Part shown: positions 60,491 to 64,000 of the stretch, in pieces | Layout: the number at the start of each line of letters is the position of its first letter | Numbering within the stretch: the first letter of the stretch is position 1 | Source of the DNA: an uncultured Gemmatimonadales bacterium | GTDB taxonomy: Bacteria; Gemmatimonadota; Gemmatimonadetes; Gemmatimonadales; Gemmatimonadaceae | Length of the DNA stretch: 64,000 nt | Assembly (NCBI GenBank): GCA_963793305.1 | Contig: CAWBZV010000005.1 | Location: forward strand, 1,024,001 to 1,088,000 | Direction: 5' to 3' | Position numbers and translations under genes: made by a program | Notes under the pieces: generated by a model | What the model saw: only the letters and a program-made list of their open reading frames with translations | The model's database searches: none | Told to the model about the DNA's origin: nothing

Positions 60491-60801
60491 CGCACCCACG
60501 TTGGCGCGACGCGGCGACGCCATCGCCCCCGGCCGCGCTCGCCGCGGCTGTCGAGGCGCAACTCGACACGCCGGATGACGTGACTCCGGAAGCGTACCTC
60601 GAAGCCGCCGAACGGCTGCTCGCGGCGCTGCTCAAAGAAGGATGCATCTCGCGCGAGAACGCCCTCGATCTGCTCGTCGCCGACGCGCTCGTCACGTACG
60701 CGTTCGAGGCCGCGAGCGACGCGACCCCGGCCGAGATCATCGCGCTCGGCGCTCGCGCCATGACGCGTATCGCCGCATTCGCCGTCCCAGGCGACTCATG
60801 A
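60487..60801 (+). CDS. Hypothetical helical protein
   Basis: Overlap-coupled to alaS and to the next gene. Contains ALDLLVADALVTYAFEAA. Confidence 0.7.
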   Translation: MTHPRWRDAATPSPPAALAAAVEAQLDTPDDVTPEAYLEAAERLLAALLKEGCISRENALDLLVADALVTYAFEAASDATPAEIIALGARAMTRIAAFAVPGDS

Positions 60802-61532
60802 TCGCTCCGCTGGCGCTCCTCAAGGACCGCCGCGGCCTGGCGATTCTCGTCGATCCAGCGCGCACAACGCCAGACGACGCGACCGAGCTCGCGGCTGACG
60901 CTGCCGCGGCGGGCGCTGCGGCGCTGCTCGTCGGCGGCAGTTACGGCATCGACGGGCGCGTGGCTGCCGTTGCTCGTGCACTCAAGGCCGGGGCGCCCAC
61001 GCTGCCATTGCTCCAGTTTCCGGGCGCCGCTTCGCAACTGGTCCCGGACGTAGACGCGGTACTGCTGTTGTCCCTGATCTCCGGTCGCAATCCGCAGTAT
61101 CTGATCGAGGAACACGTCCGCGCGGTCGGATTCTTCGCCGCCCACCCGGATGTCCCATCCCTCAGTACGGCCTACGTGTTGATCGACGGAGGCACGATCA
61201 CCTCGGTCGAATCCGTCAGTCAGACTCGCCCACTCCCATCCGACAAGCCGGAGCTGGTCGCGGCTCACGTGTCGGCGGCGATGTTGATCGGCATGCAGGC
61301 CGTATACCTGGATACTGGAAGCGGCGCGCGGCGTCCCGTGGGGTCGTCGCTCATTCATGCCGCCCGCCGCGCCTCTCGTGGGCTGTTGTTCGTAGGCGGA
61401 GGAATCCGCTCGCCAGACACCGTACGCGCCGCGCGAAGCGCGGGCGCAGATTATGTCGTTGTCGGTACCCACTTCGAGCGAGAGGCGCCGAGTGGGTCGG
61501 CCGTCCGAGAGTTCGTGCTCGCAGCACGCTAG
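60798..61532 (+). CDS. Geranylgeranylglyceryl/heptaprenylglyceryl phosphate synthase (group II-like)
   Basis: LVDP, LLVGGS, FPG, LSLISGRNPQYLI, TAYVLIDGG, YLDTGSGA, VGGGIRS and GADYVVVG TIM-barrel motifs. Confidence 0.9.
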   Translation: MIAPLALLKDRRGLAILVDPARTTPDDATELAADAAAAGAAALLVGGSYGIDGRVAAVARALKAGAPTLPLLQFPGAASQLVPDVDAVLLLSLISGRNPQYLIEEHVRAVGFFAAHPDVPSLSTAYVLIDGGTITSVESVSQTRPLPSDKPELVAAHVSAAMLIGMQAVYLDTGSGARRPVGSSLIHAARRASRGLLFVGGGIRSPDTVRAARSAGADYVVVGTHFEREAPSGSAVREFVLAAR

Positions 61533-62281
61533 TGATCGATATCCATTCGCACCTCCTCCCGGCGGTCGACGACGGCTCACAGTCGATCGACCAGTCGGTC
61601 GCGGTCCTGACGCGCCTCGCCGAGCAAGGCGTGGAGCGCCTGGTCTGCACGCCGCACCTCAAAGCCTCGCAGATCACCGTCGTCCCCCACGAGGCATACG
61701 CCGAGCGGTTCGCCGAGCTCGTGGCCGCGGCGCCGCCACGCCCGGTGCTGGCGCGCGGCTGGGAGATCATGCTCGACATCCCGGGCGCCGACCTCCGCTC
61801 GCGTGCCCTCGGCCTCGGCGGATCGACGGCCGTGCTGATCGAGTTCCCGCACACGGGCGTGCCGACCGGCGCGACCGAGGAGCTGTATCGCCTGCGCTCG
61901 TCCGGGATCGTCCCGGTGCTCGCGCACCCGGAGCGGTATTTCGGGTGCACGGTCGACCTCGTGCGCGAATGGCGACAAATTGGCGTGGTGATGCAAGTCG
62001 ATGGGTTGGCGCTCGCCGCCGGTGGCCCGATGGGGAAGCTCGCCCGTGCGCTCCTCGAAAACGGTCTGGCCGATCTCCTCGCCAGCGACAATCACGGCGA
62101 CTCGCGCTCGCTCGCGGCGGCACGCCACTATCTCGCGGAGGACCTGGGAGCGCGAGAGCAGGCCGACCTCCTGACGTCCACGAATGCCCGGCGGTTGCTC
62201 GCTGACGAATCCGTCGTTCCCGTCGGACCGGTCCACCTCCAGCAGGGTCTCATGCAACGCCTTCGCAAACTGTTCACGTGA
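61532..62281 (+). CDS. PHP-family tyrosine-protein phosphatase (CpsB/CapC/YwqE-like)
   Basis: MIDIHSHLLPAVDDGS, CTPH, VLAHPERY and LASDNH. Confidence 0.92.
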   Translation: MIDIHSHLLPAVDDGSQSIDQSVAVLTRLAEQGVERLVCTPHLKASQITVVPHEAYAERFAELVAAAPPRPVLARGWEIMLDIPGADLRSRALGLGGSTAVLIEFPHTGVPTGATEELYRLRSSGIVPVLAHPERYFGCTVDLVREWRQIGVVMQVDGLALAAGGPMGKLARALLENGLADLLASDNHGDSRSLAAARHYLAEDLGAREQADLLTSTNARRLLADESVVPVGPVHLQQGLMQRLRKLFT

Positions 62282-63247
62282 TCGCGATCGTCTTCACCGG
62301 CGGGACCATTTCCATGCGCATCGACCCCGCCGCCGGTGGCGCCGTCCCATCGCTCACCGGCGCGAAGTTGGTGGATCTCGCGCCCGGCATTGCAATCGAT
62401 CGCCGAGATCGAGATGCACGAATGGGCGACCATGCCCGGCGCGCATTTCACGGTCGACCAGATGTGGTCCCTGCGCGGCTACATCGCCGATCTCGTCGCG
62501 CGGCCCGACATTGACGGCGTCGTCGTCACGCAAGGGACGGACACGATCGAAGAGACGTTGTATCTCACCCATCGCTCGCTCGTGACGGCAAAGCCCGTCG
62601 TCTTCACGGGCGCCATGCGCACGTCCGAGGACCTCGGCTGGGACGGCCCATTGAACTTGACCGACTCGGTTCGAGTCGCCGCTTCACCGGATGCCAAGAA
62701 CGCCGGCGTGTTGGTCGTATTCAACTCGCGGATCTATACGGCGGGTGACGTCACCAAAGTCCACACGTACATGCTCGATGCCTTCGACAGCCCGGGCCTG
62801 GGCCCGCTCGGCGTACTCGACGAGGGCCGCGTGCTGTTTCGCCGGAGTCTCCCGGGCGATCGCGAGACCCTCACTCCGGAAAAGCCGGCGACGCCCGTCG
62901 ACATCGTCTACGCGTACGCGGGAGCCGATGGTCGGATACTCGATGCCCTGAGATCCGAGGGCAGGGGAGTCGTCGTCGCCGCGCTGGGTCGGGGCAACAC
63001 CCCGCTCGCCATGTTCGAAGCAATCAAACGCTGGATCGCCGACGGCAAGCCCGTGGTGATCACGAGCCGCGCGGCTCGCGGTCGCGTCGGTCCGACGTAT
63101 GGATTCCCGGGCGGCGGCCGCTCTCTTTACGCAGCTGGCGCGATCTTCGCGGGCGCCCGACGGCCAGCGCAGGCGCGTATCGATCTCATGCTCGCACTAG
63201 GCGCCAGGCTCGAGGGCGATCAACTCATCGCCGCCTTCTCGCACTGA
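62278..63247 (+). CDS. ansA: L-asparaginase, split by a +1 insertion near 62394
   Basis: VFTGGTISM in the first frame. GVVVTQGTDTIEET, VFTGAMR and DVTKVHT in the second. Confidence 0.92.
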
Positions 63248-63392
63248 CACGAATGGGTGGGTTAGATGCTTAAGCACCGAGCTGAGCCATGGGACGAAAG
63301 CGGGTGTGCCAGCAAGTGCAGGATCGAAGAACGCGAGCGCTCAACCTTGCCCAGGTCGGGCTGCCAGTTCGACCTCGTTCCTGCTGTCTACC

Positions 63393-63420
63393 TTGCGAAT
63401 CATAGTGAAGTCACTATGAT
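63393..63420 (+). promoter_or_regulatory. Promoter with a perfect palindromic operator
   Basis: TTGCGA (63393-63398), 16 bp, TATGAT (63415-63420). ATCATAGTGA-AG-TCACTATGAT is a perfect 10-bp inverted repeat (63399-63420). Confidence 0.65.
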
Positions 63421-63426
63421 GTCATC

Positions 63427-63639
63427 ATGAATCGCAAGGGCAGTAACGGATCATCCAAGCGGCGTCCCGCCTCGGTGCGGGTGCCGCTGACGGTGCGGCT
63501 GCCTGAGGACATTGTCGAGCGTATAGACCAGCAGCTCGACGATCGCGACGTTCCGCTTTCTAGAAATAACTGGCTTCTGGAAGCCGCGATTGAGAAATTG
63601 CGCCGCTGTGGACCGGAGGCGTCACTTGGCAAGAAGTGA
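63427..63639 (+). CDS. Ribbon-helix-helix (CopG/Arc-like) regulator
   Basis: VPLTVRLPEDIVERIDQ...SRNNWLLEAAIEKL. Confidence 0.8.
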   Translation: MNRKGSNGSSKRRPASVRVPLTVRLPEDIVERIDQQLDDRDVPLSRNNWLLEAAIEKLRRCGPEASLGKK

Positions 63640-64000
63640 TCTGCTGGTGTCACTTATCAAAGCCGGAACGCTCGGCGACAAGCGAAGTTTCCGCAGTGCC
63701 GCCGAGGCGATCATCGCAGAGGAGCGCGCCAAGCACCACAATGTTCTCGCTGACACCCTGGCTGAAGTGGTTCAGCGAAATGGATCGGGCGGCTCGAATG
63801 GGTCAATCGCGATGGCCGCCGTCCAGACGGACGCCTCGCCGCGTGGCCGTGAATTCATTGCCGAAATCACGCCACGTCGACGCCTCGATGATCTGATACT
63901 CCCGGCGGTCGTGCGCCGTGCGGTTAACGAGCTGATTGAGGAACAGCACCGGGCCGACCTGTTGCGCGCCAACGGTCTCGAGCCGCGGCACCGCGTTCTC
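63626..64000 (+). CDS. AAA-family ATPase, IetA-like N-terminus (runs off the window end)
   Basis: Not in the ORF track. GGAGG then TTG 63626: MARSDLLVSLIKAG...AEAIIAEERAKHHNVLAD...LDDLILP...ELIEEQHRADLLRANGLEPRHRVL, open to the window end just before the expected Walker A. Confidence 0.82.
   Translation, partial: MARSDLLVSLIKAGTLGDKRSFRSAAEAIIAEERAKHHNVLADTLAEVVQRNGSGGSNGSIAMAAVQTDASPRGREFIAEITPRRRLDDLILPAVVRRAVNELIEEQHRADLLRANGLEPRHRVL

Noticed and set aside
63367..63380. Second LexA-like box GTTC-N6-GTTC, and a tRNA-like GTTCGA
   Set aside because: The spacer is 6 bp rather than 7, and no cloverleaf or acceptor stem can be drawn.

Overview
GC-rich bacterial chromosome segment. Gene content and order suggest Gemmatimonadota (inference, not verified). 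The backbone is housekeeping: tsaB(3' end)-rimI-ssb, ccsA/sirC/hemA, a complete tol-pal-cpoB cluster followed by tatC and an lptD-like gene, hutH-hutU-(radical SAM)-hutI, two large TPR scaffolds, ppiD, aroQ-pepP-accB-pilT-accC-comB-ftsK, yraN-recA-recX-alaS, a GGGP synthase, a PHP phosphatase and an asparaginase. Three accessory patches interrupt it. (1) About 1.1-8.8 kb holds hipBA, a reverse-order AbiE toxin-antitoxin cassette bracketed by an 89-bp direct repeat, an orphan caspase-fold His/Cys protein and a degraded ankyrin gene with an RBS-sequestering leader. (2) About 48.9-55.3 kb holds a signal-peptide Rhs toxin, membrane immunity-like genes and a candidate sigma54 promoter with an upstream motif array. 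(3) At the right edge an RHH regulator precedes an IetA-like AAA ATPase. Seven genes are split by single-base insertions that fall in only two sequence contexts (GCATC/GATGC and TCGACGTCGA), most likely modification-linked sequencing errors. I saw no tRNA, rRNA, CRISPR array, integrase or transposase.
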